A stretch of 64,000 nucleotides of DNA from an uncultured Actinomycetota bacterium (GTDB lineage Bacteria > Actinomycetota > Actinomycetes > JAHEKZ01): assembly GCA_963829525.1 (NCBI GenBank), contig CAWHIJ010000003.1:2688001-2752000 (forward strand), read 5' to 3'. How positions within the stretch are numbered: the stretch's first letter is position 1; each line of letters opens with the position of its first letter. Shown piece by piece: positions 28,768 to 39,094 of this stretch. A program made the translations under genes and the position numbers. The notes beneath the pieces were generated by a model. The model did not search any database. It was not told where the DNA came from and saw only the letters and a list, made by a program, of their open reading frames with translations.

Positions 28768-29391
28768 TCAGTTTCCGTGGGGTGCCGTCGACCGTAGCGC
28801 ACCCCTCGGGAGCGCCAGCTCGTCCTCGGCGTACCCGCGGGCCCACGCGTTGGCATCGTCCCGGGCTACGAGGTCAGCGTGGGCAACGGCCTGCAGGGCG
28901 AGCCCGTCGAGCAGCGAGATGATCCGCCAACCGACGGCGTCGGGATCATCACAGGTCATCGCGCCAGCGCGTACACCGTCGCGAAGCAGTTCAGCAACCA
29001 ACGCCTGCCACGCTTCGTTGAGACGGCGTGATGTCTGCTGCAGCGCCGGACGCCGCGCGGCCTCGGCCCAGGCGTCGAGCCAGAGCTGCATCCCCCAGTC
29101 CTCATCTGCCCGGTTGTAGAAGGCGAAGAACAGGGCCAAGCGATCCACCGGATCTGTGGCAGCGTCAATTGCCCCCACCGTCCTTGCGAGGTCCTCGGAG
29201 GCAACCCGGTCGAAAGCCTCGGCTAACAGGTCATCCATCGACGCGAAGTAATGGTGGATCAGGCCACTTGACGTTCCCATCTCGGCGGCGACGTCTCGAG
29301 CTGTGGTCGCCGCGATCCCTTGGCGAACCATCACCACGACCGTCGCGTCGACGATCGCCGTACGCCGCTCGTCGGGGGTCATCCGGGCCAC
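28768..29391 (-). CDS. TetR (BetI-like) regulator
   Basis: HTH TARDVAAEMG.SSGLIHHYF; divergent from gcvT-like gene. Confidence 0.9.
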   Translation of the reverse strand: MARMTPDERRTAIVDATVVVMVRQGIAATTARDVAAEMGTSSGLIHHYFASMDDLLAEAFDRVASEDLARTVGAIDAATDPVDRLALFFAFYNRADEDWGMQLWLDAWAEAARRPALQQTSRRLNEAWQALVAELLRDGVRAGAMTCDDPDAVGWRIISLLDGLALQAVAHADLVARDDANAWARGYAEDELALPRGALRSTAPHGN

Positions 29392-29411
29392 CACGTCACC
29401 GTAGAGACCTA

Positions 29412-29427
29412 TTGCACAGTTGTCCAA
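29412..29427. promoter_or_regulatory. Candidate TetR operator
   Basis: TTGCACA-GT-TGTCCAA palindrome (1 mismatch) between divergent tetR and gcvT-like gene. Confidence 0.55.
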
Positions 29428-29496
29428 CAGTCCCTAGGGTGGCCAGATCGTCGGTAGCACGATCCGATACGCAGCGCCGCAGTGGAGGAGCTCCCC

Positions 29497-30702
29497 ATGG
29501 TCAAGACCACGCCCTTTCACCCACGCCTTGCCGAGCTCAACACGACTCAGTTGTGGGCACACTGGGCCGGCCATCTCTCCGCCACCCAGTACGACATCGC
29601 AGGCAAGCACGAGTACTTCGGTGTACGCAACGCGGTCGGCTTTTTCGACGCCTCTCCCCTTTTCAAGTACGAGATCACCGGCCGCGACGCCGAGGCGTTC
29701 CTCGCCGGGGTTCTGGCCCGCGACATCCGTACCTGCCGCCCCGGTCGCGCGCAGTACACGATCTGGTGCGACGACGCCGGATACGTCCTCGAGGACGGCG
29801 TCATCTTCCGACACTCGGCGAACGAGTTCTTACTGACCGCTGCAGAGCCAAATCTCTCCTTCCTGCAGAACCAGGTCGGGTCGATGGAGGTCTCCATCGA
29901 GGACGTGTCCGCTCAGTACGCGATGCTTGCCGTCCAGGGTCCTCGGTCGCGAGCAGCGATCGCTGATCTCGCACCTGAGGTGAACGAGCTGGGCTACTTC
30001 GGTCACACCCAGACCAAGATCGCCGGAAGTGAAGTGACTGTCAGCCGCACCGGGTTCACCGGCGACTTGGGTTTCGAGCTTCGCATCCCGGCCAACAACG
30101 CCTTACCAGTGCTCGACGCTGTCATGGAGGCGGGCGAGCCACATCGCATGCGTCCCTTCGGTGAACAGGCGCTCAACCTCCTGCGCATCGAAGCGGGCCT
30201 TCCGCTGATCGGAGTTGAGTTCACGTCCAGCCGCTACTCGTACAACGAGCACGAACGATTCACCCCTGATGAACTCGGTCTCGGTTGGCTGCTCAAGGGA
30301 ATCGAGGACGACACACGGCCGTACATCGGCAGACGGGCCATCATGAACGAGCGCGCCACCGGCTCGTCGCGCTGGACGACCATCGGCCTCGCTGTCGACG
30401 GACACGCCTTCGAGGCGCTCTTCTACGACGCAGGCTTGATACCGCCCAAGGACGAGCCGCCGGCGTCGTGGGAGACGATGCTCTACGACGAGCAAGGTGA
30501 ACGAGCCGGCTACGCCACCAGCTACGCCTACTCACCGATGATGCAGACGCAGATCGGTATTGCCCGCGTCCGTCCCGAGCTCGCTGCCATGGGCACCACC
30601 GTCCACGTCGAGCAGACCGTCAACCACGTGTACACCACCGTCCCAGCAACGGTGACTCCAATGCCCTTCTTCAATCCCGAGCGAAAGACGTCGATGCCAT
30701 GA
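29497..30702 (+). CDS. GcvT-family aminomethyltransferase/demethylase
   Basis: KTTPFH, FFDASPL, EDGVI, VQGPRS, SRTGFTGDLGFEL, LRIEAG. Confidence 0.9.
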   Translation: MVKTTPFHPRLAELNTTQLWAHWAGHLSATQYDIAGKHEYFGVRNAVGFFDASPLFKYEITGRDAEAFLAGVLARDIRTCRPGRAQYTIWCDDAGYVLEDGVIFRHSANEFLLTAAEPNLSFLQNQVGSMEVSIEDVSAQYAMLAVQGPRSRAAIADLAPEVNELGYFGHTQTKIAGSEVTVSRTGFTGDLGFELRIPANNALPVLDAVMEAGEPHRMRPFGEQALNLLRIEAGLPLIGVEFTSSRYSYNEHERFTPDELGLGWLLKGIEDDTRPYIGRRAIMNERATGSSRWTTIGLAVDGHAFEALFYDAGLIPPKDEPPASWETMLYDEQGERAGYATSYAYSPMMQTQIGIARVRPELAAMGTTVHVEQTVNHVYTTVPATVTPMPFFNPERKTSMP

Positions 30703-32294
30703 GCGAAACCAACCGCTACGACGCGATCGTGGTCGGCGGAGGCCACAACGGCCTCGTCAACGGCGCCTACCTCGCCAAGGCTGGGATGAAGACGCTCATC
30801 CTCGAGCAGCGCCATCTGGTTGGCGGTGCAGCTATCACCGAAGAGCTCCACCCGGGATTCAGCTTCACGACGTTCTCCTATGCACTCAGTTTGGTTCGGC
30901 CAGAAGTCGTTCGCGAGCTCGAGCTGGTCAAGCACGGCTTCAACCCGATCTACATGCCGACGTCGTTTGCCCCCATGGAGAACGGTGACTACCTGCTTCT
31001 CGGTCCCGACAGAGACGAGAACATCCGCGAGATCATGCGTCACTCGACTCGGGACGCCGACGCCATGGACCGATACGAGCACGACGTCGGACGCATCCTG
31101 CAGCTGATGTATCCCCTGTCCGACCGCATCCCGCCAAACATCTTCGGCAAGACACCCGAGGACGCGGCCGACGTCGCATGGCTACTGGGACATCTCGGCT
31201 CAGCAGAGAAGAAGGTCGTCCACGACGCCGTTCGTCTCATCACCGGCAGCATCTCGGACTTCCTCGACGACTACTTCGAGAGCGAGATTCTCAAGGGCTA
31301 CCTGGCTGCGTCCTCGACGACCGGGACGAAGGTCGGGCCGATGTCAGCCGGGTCCGGGCTCGTCTCACTGATGATGATGCTCGGCGAGCATGATGGTCAC
31401 CTGGGCTCGTGGTCTTTCCACAAGGGCGGTAACGGCGGTTTCACGCAGATGCTGGCCAGGGCCGCGGAATCTTTTGGCGCCGAGATCAGGCTCGAGTCCC
31501 ACGTCGATCACGTGATCACCAAGGACGGTCAGGCCATCGGGGTCGCCCTGCAGGACGGCACCGAGTTCCAGGCAGATGTCGTCGTCAGTGCTCTGGACCC
31601 ACGCCAGACGTTCACCAAGCTGGTCAATCCGCGTGAGCTACCTGGAGACCTGGTCGAAAGCATCGATCGCTACCAGTTCAATGGCACCAGCGCGAAAGTG
31701 AACTTTGCCCTCGATGGCGCGCCCCGCTACCCGGCACTCGGCGACCGGACCGACCAGTACCGCGGGTTTGTCAGCATCGCGCCGTCAATCGAGTATCTCG
31801 AGCGGGCATACGACGCGTCCAAGTACGGGTGGTACAGCGAGCGTCCCTACCTCGACACGTGCTTTCAGTCCTTCCTCGACCCCGACATGGCACCCCCGGG
31901 AAAGCACGTCATGTCGTGCTTCGTCTCCTATGCGCCCTACAACCTCAAGGGCAGCGACTGGGACAGCGAACGCGACAACCTCGGAGACACCGTCCAGGCA
32001 ACCATCGAGTCGTTCTTCCCTGGCTTCGGTGACCTTGTTCTTCACCGCGAAGTCGTGACACCCCTGGACATCGAGCGAGTAGTCGGGCTGTCCGAGGGCA
32101 ACATCTACGCGGGTGACTACCTGCTGCCGCAGATGTACTTCTTCCGGCCCGCTCCGGGCTGGAGCCAGTACCGGACCCCGATCGATGGTTACTACCAGTG
32201 CGGATCGGGAACCCACCCAGGCGGTTGTGTCACCGGTGCTCCGGCTCGCCTCGCGAGCCAGCAGATTCTCAAGGACCGTGCGAACAAGAGCTAG
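30699..32294 (+). CDS. Phytoene-dehydrogenase-like FAD oxidoreductase
   Basis: VVGGGHNGL, GGAAITEE, GSGTHPGGCVTG; ATGA overlap with upstream gene. Confidence 0.85.
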   Translation: MSETNRYDAIVVGGGHNGLVNGAYLAKAGMKTLILEQRHLVGGAAITEELHPGFSFTTFSYALSLVRPEVVRELELVKHGFNPIYMPTSFAPMENGDYLLLGPDRDENIREIMRHSTRDADAMDRYEHDVGRILQLMYPLSDRIPPNIFGKTPEDAADVAWLLGHLGSAEKKVVHDAVRLITGSISDFLDDYFESEILKGYLAASSTTGTKVGPMSAGSGLVSLMMMLGEHDGHLGSWSFHKGGNGGFTQMLARAAESFGAEIRLESHVDHVITKDGQAIGVALQDGTEFQADVVVSALDPRQTFTKLVNPRELPGDLVESIDRYQFNGTSAKVNFALDGAPRYPALGDRTDQYRGFVSIAPSIEYLERAYDASKYGWYSERPYLDTCFQSFLDPDMAPPGKHVMSCFVSYAPYNLKGSDWDSERDNLGDTVQATIESFFPGFGDLVLHREVVTPLDIERVVGLSEGNIYAGDYLLPQMYFFRPAPGWSQYRTPIDGYYQCGSGTHPGGCVTGAPARLASQQILKDRANKS

Positions 32295-32342
32295 GCCGAG
32301 TGTGGCCTTTCGCGAGAGGCATTTGACGGGAGACTGATCCTC

Positions 32343-33500
32343 ATGCGCTTGCGTGTGGTGATCCTCGTCTACCTCGCTCTCTTCGTTGGCGAGCTGTCGT
32401 GGTCCGGGGTCACCCCGCTGATTCCTTCCTACATCGAGCAGTACGACCTTTCGGACTTCGAGGGGGGCCTTGTACTGTCGGTCGCAAGCTTCGGGATCCT
32501 CATTGCTTCGCTGCCGGCGAGTGCCATCACCCGTCGAGTCAGCCCCCGGACGATGATGCTGACGGCAATGGCCGTGATCGCTTTCGCCGGATTCGCCATG
32601 GCTCTGGCACCCAGTTACGGCGCCATCGTGTTCGCCCGGCTGATCTTTGGGCTCGGATTCGGAACTCTCTGGGTCTCGATGGCAGCCTGGCTTGACGACG
32701 CAGCGGGGCATAACAGTGCGAAGGTTCTGGCTCTGACGACGTCGGTCGTCGGCGTGAGCTCAATGTTGGGGCCTGCCTACGCCGGCTGGGTGGCTGACCG
32801 CTACGGGGTCAGCGCACCGTTCGTTGGGCTCGCCATCATCACCGTATTGCTCTTCGCCCTTCTTCTCTTCGACAGGTCCGGCACCGGTCTGCGCAAGGAT
32901 CCGGCACCGCCCTTTCGCGAGATCGCGCGCGCGGTCCACTCTGATCCAGACCTGGTCACCATGCTGCTACTGACCATTGCTGCCGCGGTTGTCTGGATGA
33001 CGGCGGACCTGCTGGTGCCGCTGCGGCTCGACCTCGGGGGGTATAGCGCGGCTGCGATTGGCATCGCCTTCTCGGCCTCTTCCCTGGTGTTCGTGACTGC
33101 TGGAGCTCTGACAGCAAGAGGCGTGGACCGCTGGGCCCGGCCCGAGATCGCTGCGACCGCCACCGCTGGACTTGCGGTCTGCACGGTACTTCCTGCGCTG
33201 CTCCTCGGAGTGCCAGTCACCTTGGTCTTCCTTTTCGGGGCAAGCATCGCCACAGGGATTATTGCGGCGCTCACCTTTCCCTTTGGCCTCCTTGCGGTCG
33301 GGCGGGGGGCAGTGACTGTCGCCGTCATGAGCGCCCTCGCCAACATCATCTGGGCGCTTTCAGGAATGTTCGGTCCCACCGTGGGAGGAGCCTTCGCCGA
33401 GTGGGCCGGAGATCGCACGGCGTTCGCCGTCCTCGCGGCAGTCTGCGCTGTCGTCGCACTTGACGTCCTGCGCCGTGCGCGTCGGACAGCGGCAGCCTGA
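32343..33500 (+). CDS. MFS transporter
   Basis: About 12 hydrophobic segments, MFS-like loops. Confidence 0.8.
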   Translation: MRLRVVILVYLALFVGELSWSGVTPLIPSYIEQYDLSDFEGGLVLSVASFGILIASLPASAITRRVSPRTMMLTAMAVIAFAGFAMALAPSYGAIVFARLIFGLGFGTLWVSMAAWLDDAAGHNSAKVLALTTSVVGVSSMLGPAYAGWVADRYGVSAPFVGLAIITVLLFALLLFDRSGTGLRKDPAPPFREIARAVHSDPDLVTMLLLTIAAAVVWMTADLLVPLRLDLGGYSAAAIGIAFSASSLVFVTAGALTARGVDRWARPEIAATATAGLAVCTVLPALLLGVPVTLVFLFGASIATGIIAALTFPFGLLAVGRGAVTVAVMSALANIIWALSGMFGPTVGGAFAEWAGDRTAFAVLAAVCAVVALDVLRRARRTAAA

Positions 33501-33517
33501 ACCACAAACAGCTAGGA

Positions 33518-35119
33518 CTAGGGAAGCGTCCGCGCTTCTGCTTCGAGCGCTTCAGCGTCGAAGTCGTCCAGGTCAGGCATACCACCGTCCTGCCGCGTCC
33601 GCAGGGGAACCTGCGGAACGAAGATGGCAAGTATGAAAGCAACAGCCATGATGGGAACTGCTACCAGGAAGGTCGTATCGATCGCTCTGGCAAAAGCGCC
33701 GAGCACTTCGCTCTGCAGCTCAGGTGGAAGCGCCTGGATGGATGCCATCGACGTCGTTGGGTCACCCCCCGATCCACCCGAAGGCATGATGGCTGACATC
33801 TCAGTCGCCAACCGCGCCGCCCAGACCGCGCCGAAGACGGCCGTCCCGAAAGAGCCACCAATCGAACGGAAGAAGGTCGAGCCACTCGTGGCCGTCCCGA
33901 TGTCACGGGGTTCAACGGAGTTCTGCACCGCCAGTACTAGGACCTGCATCACGTTCCCGAGCCCGGCACCCAGCACCAGCATCGCGATGGCTATCTGCCA
34001 GTAAGGCGTCGTTCCCCCGAGTTGAGAAAGCAGAAAGAGCCCAACCGTGGCGAGTGCCGTTCCGATGAGCGGGTATGCCTTGTACTTGCCTGTTTTCGTG
34101 ATGAGTCGTCCACTCATGATCGATGTCACCAAGATCCCGGCCATCAGTGGAAGCAGCTGAAGTCCGGCGACGGTTGGGGTCGAGCCGTACACCACCTGCA
34201 GGTAGATGGAGAGGTAGACGATCGACCCGAACATCGCAAAGCCGGTGACGAACCCGATCCCTGAGGTGACCGTGAAGACACGATTTCGGAAGAGGTCCAT
34301 CGAGACCATCGGCTCTGGCGCGCGGAGCTCTTGCCAGACGAAGGCAGCGGTCGCCCCTATCCCCACGAGTGCCAGTCCAACGATCTGGATCGAACCCCAG
34401 GCGTACTCATTGCCACCCCAAACGGTCACCATGAGGAGACTGGTCACCCCGGTGATGAGCAAGATGGCGCCGAGCCAGTCGATGCGATGTTCGGTGCGGT
34501 GCCGCGGCAGGTGAAGGACCGAGCCGATCACGAGAAAAGCTGCGATGCCAAGTGGCAAGTTGATGTAGAAGATCCATCGCCACGACAGTTGCTCGGTGAA
34601 GAACCCACCGAGCAGGGGGCCGATGACGCTGGCGAGACCGAACACCCCGCCGAACAGGCCTACGTAACGCCCACGCTCACGGGGCGGGATGAGATCGGCG
34701 ATGACCGCCATGACCAGAACCATCAGACCGCCGCCGCCTAGCCCCTGCAGCGCCCTGGTGGAGATGAGTTGAGCCATGTTCTGCGACAAGCCGGCCAGTG
34801 CGGATGCGATGACGAAGATGACCACCGCGGTTTGGAGCATGAGCTTTCGCCCATAGAGATCCGAGATCTTCCCCCAGATTGGTGTACTCGCAGTCGCGGC
34901 CAGCAGATAGGCGGTGACGACCCAAGAGAGCTCGTTCAGCCCGCCAAGATCACTGGTGATCGTGGGGAGTGCCGTCGACACGATTGTCTGGTCGAGCGCT
35001 GCCAGCAGCATCGTGAGCATGAGAGCCCCGAGTGCCCAGTAAAGGTGACTGGTACCCGACTTCTCATACGTCGACTCAACGTCCTGCAGTTGGGTGGATG
35101 GGTTGGGGGAGGCGGTCAC
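33518..35119 (-). CDS. DHA2/MDR family MFS efflux pump
   Basis: LDQTIVSTALPTI, GKISDLYGRK, WRWIFYINLP. Confidence 0.92.
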   Translation of the reverse strand: MTASPNPSTQLQDVESTYEKSGTSHLYWALGALMLTMLLAALDQTIVSTALPTITSDLGGLNELSWVVTAYLLAATASTPIWGKISDLYGRKLMLQTAVVIFVIASALAGLSQNMAQLISTRALQGLGGGGLMVLVMAVIADLIPPRERGRYVGLFGGVFGLASVIGPLLGGFFTEQLSWRWIFYINLPLGIAAFLVIGSVLHLPRHRTEHRIDWLGAILLITGVTSLLMVTVWGGNEYAWGSIQIVGLALVGIGATAAFVWQELRAPEPMVSMDLFRNRVFTVTSGIGFVTGFAMFGSIVYLSIYLQVVYGSTPTVAGLQLLPLMAGILVTSIMSGRLITKTGKYKAYPLIGTALATVGLFLLSQLGGTTPYWQIAIAMLVLGAGLGNVMQVLVLAVQNSVEPRDIGTATSGSTFFRSIGGSFGTAVFGAVWAARLATEMSAIMPSGGSGGDPTTSMASIQALPPELQSEVLGAFARAIDTTFLVAVPIMAVAFILAIFVPQVPLRTRQDGGMPDLDDFDAEALEAEARTLP

Positions 35120-35544
35120 AGACTCTCCATGCTCTTGGCCAGACGACGGGTAAGACGGGTTAGTGTGGCGAGGTCTCTCTCAGACCAGTCGGCGACGGCA
35201 TCGCTCAACATCGCGAGCCGTTGCTGTCGGGCGTCGGCGACGACTTGCTCGCCCGACTTGGTGACTTCCAACAGAGTGGCTCGGCCATCTTCAGGGTCCG
35301 GTGTGCGAACCAGGTAGCCGTCGTTCTCCAGAGCTCTGAGATGGCGGCTCACTGTGGAGGCGTCCAGACAGGCGCGCTCGGCGAGGTCGCTGCCCCGGAG
35401 CGGACCGACTGCCGTCAAGTGTGCCAACAGCGCAACCACCGACTTGTCGTGAGCCGATCCAGGCGACTGCCTGCGCGCGGCCATGACGACGTCCCGTAAG
35501 GAATCCGCCAACTCCGCCAGATGATCTTTAGTTGCTTGCACCAT
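35116..35544 (-). CDS. MarR family regulator
   Basis: SDLAE...LDASTVSRHL..LE, DPEDGRA; TTGCA-N3-TGCAA palindrome (35536-35548) over its start. Confidence 0.9.
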   Translation of the reverse strand: MVQATKDHLAELADSLRDVVMAARRQSPGSAHDKSVVALLAHLTAVGPLRGSDLAERACLDASTVSRHLRALENDGYLVRTPDPEDGRATLLEVTKSGEQVVADARQQRLAMLSDAVADWSERDLATLTRLTRRLAKSMESL

Positions 35545-35612
35545 GCAACCTTATCACCAACCTTCGAGACAACCAATGCGCAGCCAGTTCACGAGGCATC
35601 ATGACTCGCCGC

Positions 35613-35647
35613 TAGGCTGAAAAATCCAGCCCTCGGCCGCCCTCGTA
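35613..35647 (+). promoter_or_regulatory. Orphaned putative tRNA-Arg promoter (-10 TAGGCT) plus first target-site copy
   Basis: TAGGCT 35613-35618, then CGCCCTCGTA 35638-35647 = tRNA-Arg -1..+9. Confidence 0.6.
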
Positions 35648-35914
35648 GGTGTTGCGGAAAACCTCAGACGAGCGCTTGACTTTGGGCGATGCGCCGGGGA
35701 AGTCCGGCGATGGAAGTGACCACTCCCTTTCCTGGAAATGAGCTCAGCCAAGGACGAGGAAGCACGGTGACCGCACTTGACCAGATTTCACCGTGGAGTG
35801 GTCGATCTCGGGGAGGGTGGCACCCCAACGAAATGAGCCCCTTCGGCGTAGCTGACTGATGGGAACCGGTTGTCCCGATCTCCGAACTGACCGTCTCTTC
35901 ATGCGGTACCTGAG

Positions 35915-36676
35915 TCATAGGACGTCCCTCTTTGGACTCAGTCGGAGGGCAAGGGCGACCGCCACGGCGGTGTAGGCAGCCAGAAGAAGAGCGGCGGCGG
36001 ACCCGGACAGCAGGTTGCCTTCCGGGTCGATGGACGGGCCCATCTGCAGGAGCACGAAGGTCGTCGCCCCGGGCATCCATCGACCCACCTCCGGATAGGA
36101 AGTGATGATCAACTGCTCGATGGCCAGCATCCACACCAGCACGGCCACGACGGCGGTGATCTGGTTTCTCACCAATGCGCCGATCGCGACGCCGATGACG
36201 CCGAACACCGGCAGCACCACGAAGCTGGCCGCCGTCATCGTCCAGAACGTCGCCCCGAAGCTCACCTCGCCGCCCCGGAAGCCGATCAACGCGGCACTCA
36301 ATGGCACCGAGACCATGAGGGTCAACGTGGTGACCACGACACCCACGAGCGCCAGGGTCATCAACTTCGCCACCAGGATGCGGGTACGCCGAGGCTCTAC
36401 CAGGTACGTCGAGGTGATGGTTCCGTAGCGGAACTCCTGGGTGAAGGCGACCCCGCCTAGCAAGAGCATCAGGACGAGCGGGGCCCCGAAGCTGTTGCCA
36501 ACGGCGACAGCCAGGAGACGTGGGTCGTCGAGCGAGACCGGCACGTTCTGGGCGCCCTCCTGCGGAATGGTCACTGCGGCCGTCCATGGGACTAAAGCCA
36601 GCGTCGCGAGCAACAGCGCTATCTGTGTCCGCGTGGAGCGGATCTTGCGCTGCTCCGCAAGGATAAGTGCCTTCAC
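35915..36676 (-). CDS. ABC-2 type permease (transposon cargo)
   Basis: QEFRYGTITSTYL..PRR..ILVAKL, GALVRNQ; GTGA overlap with ATPase. Confidence 0.85.
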   Translation of the reverse strand: MKALILAEQRKIRSTRTQIALLLATLALVPWTAAVTIPQEGAQNVPVSLDDPRLLAVAVGNSFGAPLVLMLLLGGVAFTQEFRYGTITSTYLVEPRRTRILVAKLMTLALVGVVVTTLTLMVSVPLSAALIGFRGGEVSFGATFWTMTAASFVVLPVFGVIGVAIGALVRNQITAVVAVLVWMLAIEQLIITSYPEVGRWMPGATTFVLLQMGPSIDPEGNLLSGSAAALLLAAYTAVAVALALRLSPKRDVL

Positions 36677-37596
36677 AAGTCCACCTCCTGGGCTGACTCC
36701 CGGTGCTTCACGTCGTCGGCGTCCTTGATGAGCCGGAAGAAGGCCTGCTCGAGGTCCGCGGTCCCCACGAGGCTGTGCAGCACCACTCCGTGCGCAGCTG
36801 CAATCTCCCCGACGTCTTCGGGCGTCGCGTCGACCGCGAGCCCGTCGTCGGTCTGTCGGTGGGTGTGGCCTGCGGCGTCGAGCGCAGCCCCGAGCCGGTC
36901 CAAGTGCGGCGTGCGTATCCGAGAACCAACGCCTGCCTCGGAGCGGAACTCGGCGAGCGTGGACGACCGGAGCAGCTGCCCGTGCGCCAGCACGAGCACG
37001 TGGTCGGCGGTCAGCTCCACCTCGCTCAGTGCATGACTGGACAGCAGAACCGTCCGGCCCTCGTCGGCGAGGCGACGCACGTATCCACGCAGCCATCGCA
37101 CACCCGGCGGGTCGAGGCCGTTCGTCGGCTCGTCCAGGACCAGCACCGCCGGGTCGCCAAGCATCGCGGCGGCCAGCCCCAGCCGCTGGCGCATCCCGAG
37201 GGAGTACTCACCAACCCGCTGCCGTGCGTCCCCAGCGAGACCGGTCTCTTCCAGGACGCGATCAGGCGCCTCATGCGGCAGACGAGCCGCGGTCGCGAGG
37301 ATGCGCAGGTGGGCAAGTGCCGTACGCCCCGGGTGGCAGCCGGACGCCTCGAGCAGTGCGCCGACCTGACGGACCGGGTCCGACAGCTCGTCGTACCGCT
37401 GCCCGTCGAACGTGGCCGTCCCGCTGCTGGGCGCCACAAGACCCAGCATCATCCGCATGGCGGTTGTCTTGCCGGCTCCGTTCGGCCCGAGCAAGGCCGT
37501 CACCTGACCCGGCAGAGCGACGGCGCTCACGTCGTCGACGGCGACGAACTCGCCGAATGCCTTGGTCAATCCGCGCAGCTCGATTCGACGTGCCAT
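36673..37596 (-). CDS. ABC ATP-binding protein (transposon cargo)
   Basis: GPNGAGKT, YSLGMRQRLG, LDEPTNGLDP. Confidence 0.92.
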   Translation of the reverse strand: MARRIELRGLTKAFGEFVAVDDVSAVALPGQVTALLGPNGAGKTTAMRMMLGLVAPSSGTATFDGQRYDELSDPVRQVGALLEASGCHPGRTALAHLRILATAARLPHEAPDRVLEETGLAGDARQRVGEYSLGMRQRLGLAAAMLGDPAVLVLDEPTNGLDPPGVRWLRGYVRRLADEGRTVLLSSHALSEVELTADHVLVLAHGQLLRSSTLAEFRSEAGVGSRIRTPHLDRLGAALDAAGHTHRQTDDGLAVDATPEDVGEIAAAHGVVLHSLVGTADLEQAFFRLIKDADDVKHRESAQEVDL

Positions 37597-37631
37597 AGCG
37601 CCTCCATCACGCGACACCGCGATGAGTTTCC

Positions 37632-37660
37632 TCAGGCAACCTGATAGTCAAGTATCCTGA
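37632..37660. promoter_or_regulatory. Tandem candidate MarR operators
   Basis: TCAGG-N3-CCTGA and TCAAG-N3-CCTGA between divergent ABC and marR genes. Confidence 0.55.
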
Positions 37661-37665
37661 GCAAT

Positions 37666-38100
37666 GTGCCACAGCGACTAGAACGCGTCAACACCGTTTC
37701 CCTCCTGGGCCGCGCCTACAGCCTCCTCGGGTTCCAGATAGTCGACGGCGTAGTCGGGGCCGGATTCCCGCAGAAGCCGGCCCACTCCGCTGTATTCGGG
37801 CAGATCTCGCCTGACGGTTCGCGGTTGACCGATCTGGCCCAGCGCGCGAACATGTCCCCGCAAGCGATGGGCGAGCTCGTCGACGAGCTCGAAGGAATGG
37901 GCTACCTCGTCCGCCGCCCCGACCCGACCGACCGGCGGGCCAAACTGATCACACTGACCAAGAAGGGGCACGCCTGCATCGCCGCCGGCACCGCCACCAT
38001 CGATAACATCGAGCAGCGCCTGACCGACCTGCTCGGCGAGCGCGGCCACCGTCAACTGCGTCGGCTCCTCGCCCAACTCCTGGACGAGGGCAGTGTCTGA
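37666..38100 (+). CDS. MarR family regulator (transposon cargo)
   Basis: GSRLTDLA, QAMGELVDELE, DPTDRRAK. Confidence 0.9.
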   Translation: MPQRLERVNTVSLLGRAYSLLGFQIVDGVVGAGFPQKPAHSAVFGQISPDGSRLTDLAQRANMSPQAMGELVDELEGMGYLVRRPDPTDRRAKLITLTKKGHACIAAGTATIDNIEQRLTDLLGERGHRQLRRLLAQLLDEGSV

Positions 38101-38137
38101 CCAACTTGTTGCGTTCCTCGAGGATGGCTACGCCTAG

Positions 38138-39094
38138 GCCGCACAGCACCGCACCTGGCTCAGCCGTGCCCACCCCAACAAGAAGACCGGCGAGATCCGA
38201 CCCGTTCGCCAGGATCCCGCACGGCACCTCTACGGCGAGGCCGGTCAAGAGGGAATGGCCTGGGGAACGAAGTTCGCGATCGCATCGGTGCGCTCCCCGA
38301 TGAGCGGTCACCGAGTCGTCCTCGGCGTCGAGCACGTCCCCCACCGCGGTGGAGGAGGGGAGGCTGGGCGATTCGTCAACCTGATCGTCGACCTAGCCAG
38401 CCGAGCGCCTGGGATCTCGGCGTTTGTCGCCGATGGCGCGCTACGTGGAATGCACATCGCGCGGGTGCAGAACGAGACCGGCTGCCCGGTGATCTCCCCC
38501 GCTCGCCGCAAGAGCAAGGAGCGAGGCGGCATCGTCATCGGCAAGCACGGACACGCCGCCGCCCAGCTCCCGCCGAGCCGGGCGCGCACCGCGTGGATAG
38601 AAGAGTGCGGCGGGCACGTCCTGTACGCCGCCGGAGGAGCGATCTACGAGCGCGTCGTGACCGCCGACGGAAGCCTCGACTTCGTCGAAGTTATACGGCA
38701 CCAGACCAAACGGGACCGCAAGCCGGACGGCAGTTGGGCGTTCTACGCCCGCCACGCCCTGACCTGTCGATCGAGCGAAACCACGCACGACTGGTGGGAA
38801 CCGCTCACCCCGACCCAAACGGATGAGGCACACAAGTTCAACCGCAGCGACTACCTGCGCGTCCTGCCGCCGACCGATCCCGACTACTCCCGCGTCTACG
38901 GGATGCGCGCAGACACCGAGTCACTCAACGCGCAGTTCGAGCGCGCCTTCTACAACCGGCGGCTCCCCGCGTGGGGTTTGCACAACCAGACCGTCATCGT
39001 GCTGATGGCCGCACTCGCCCAGAACGCTTGGGCCCGCCATACCTGGCAGCGAGCGATCGACCGACAACAGTCACCGCCGCAAGTGGCTGCCTGA
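38138..39094 (+). pseudogene. 5'-truncated DDE transposase (IS4-clan), copy 1
   Basis: KKTGEIRPVRQDP...WGTKF...FVADGALRG...YGMRADTESLNAQFE (Y-2-R-3-E); no N-terminus. Confidence 0.75.
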
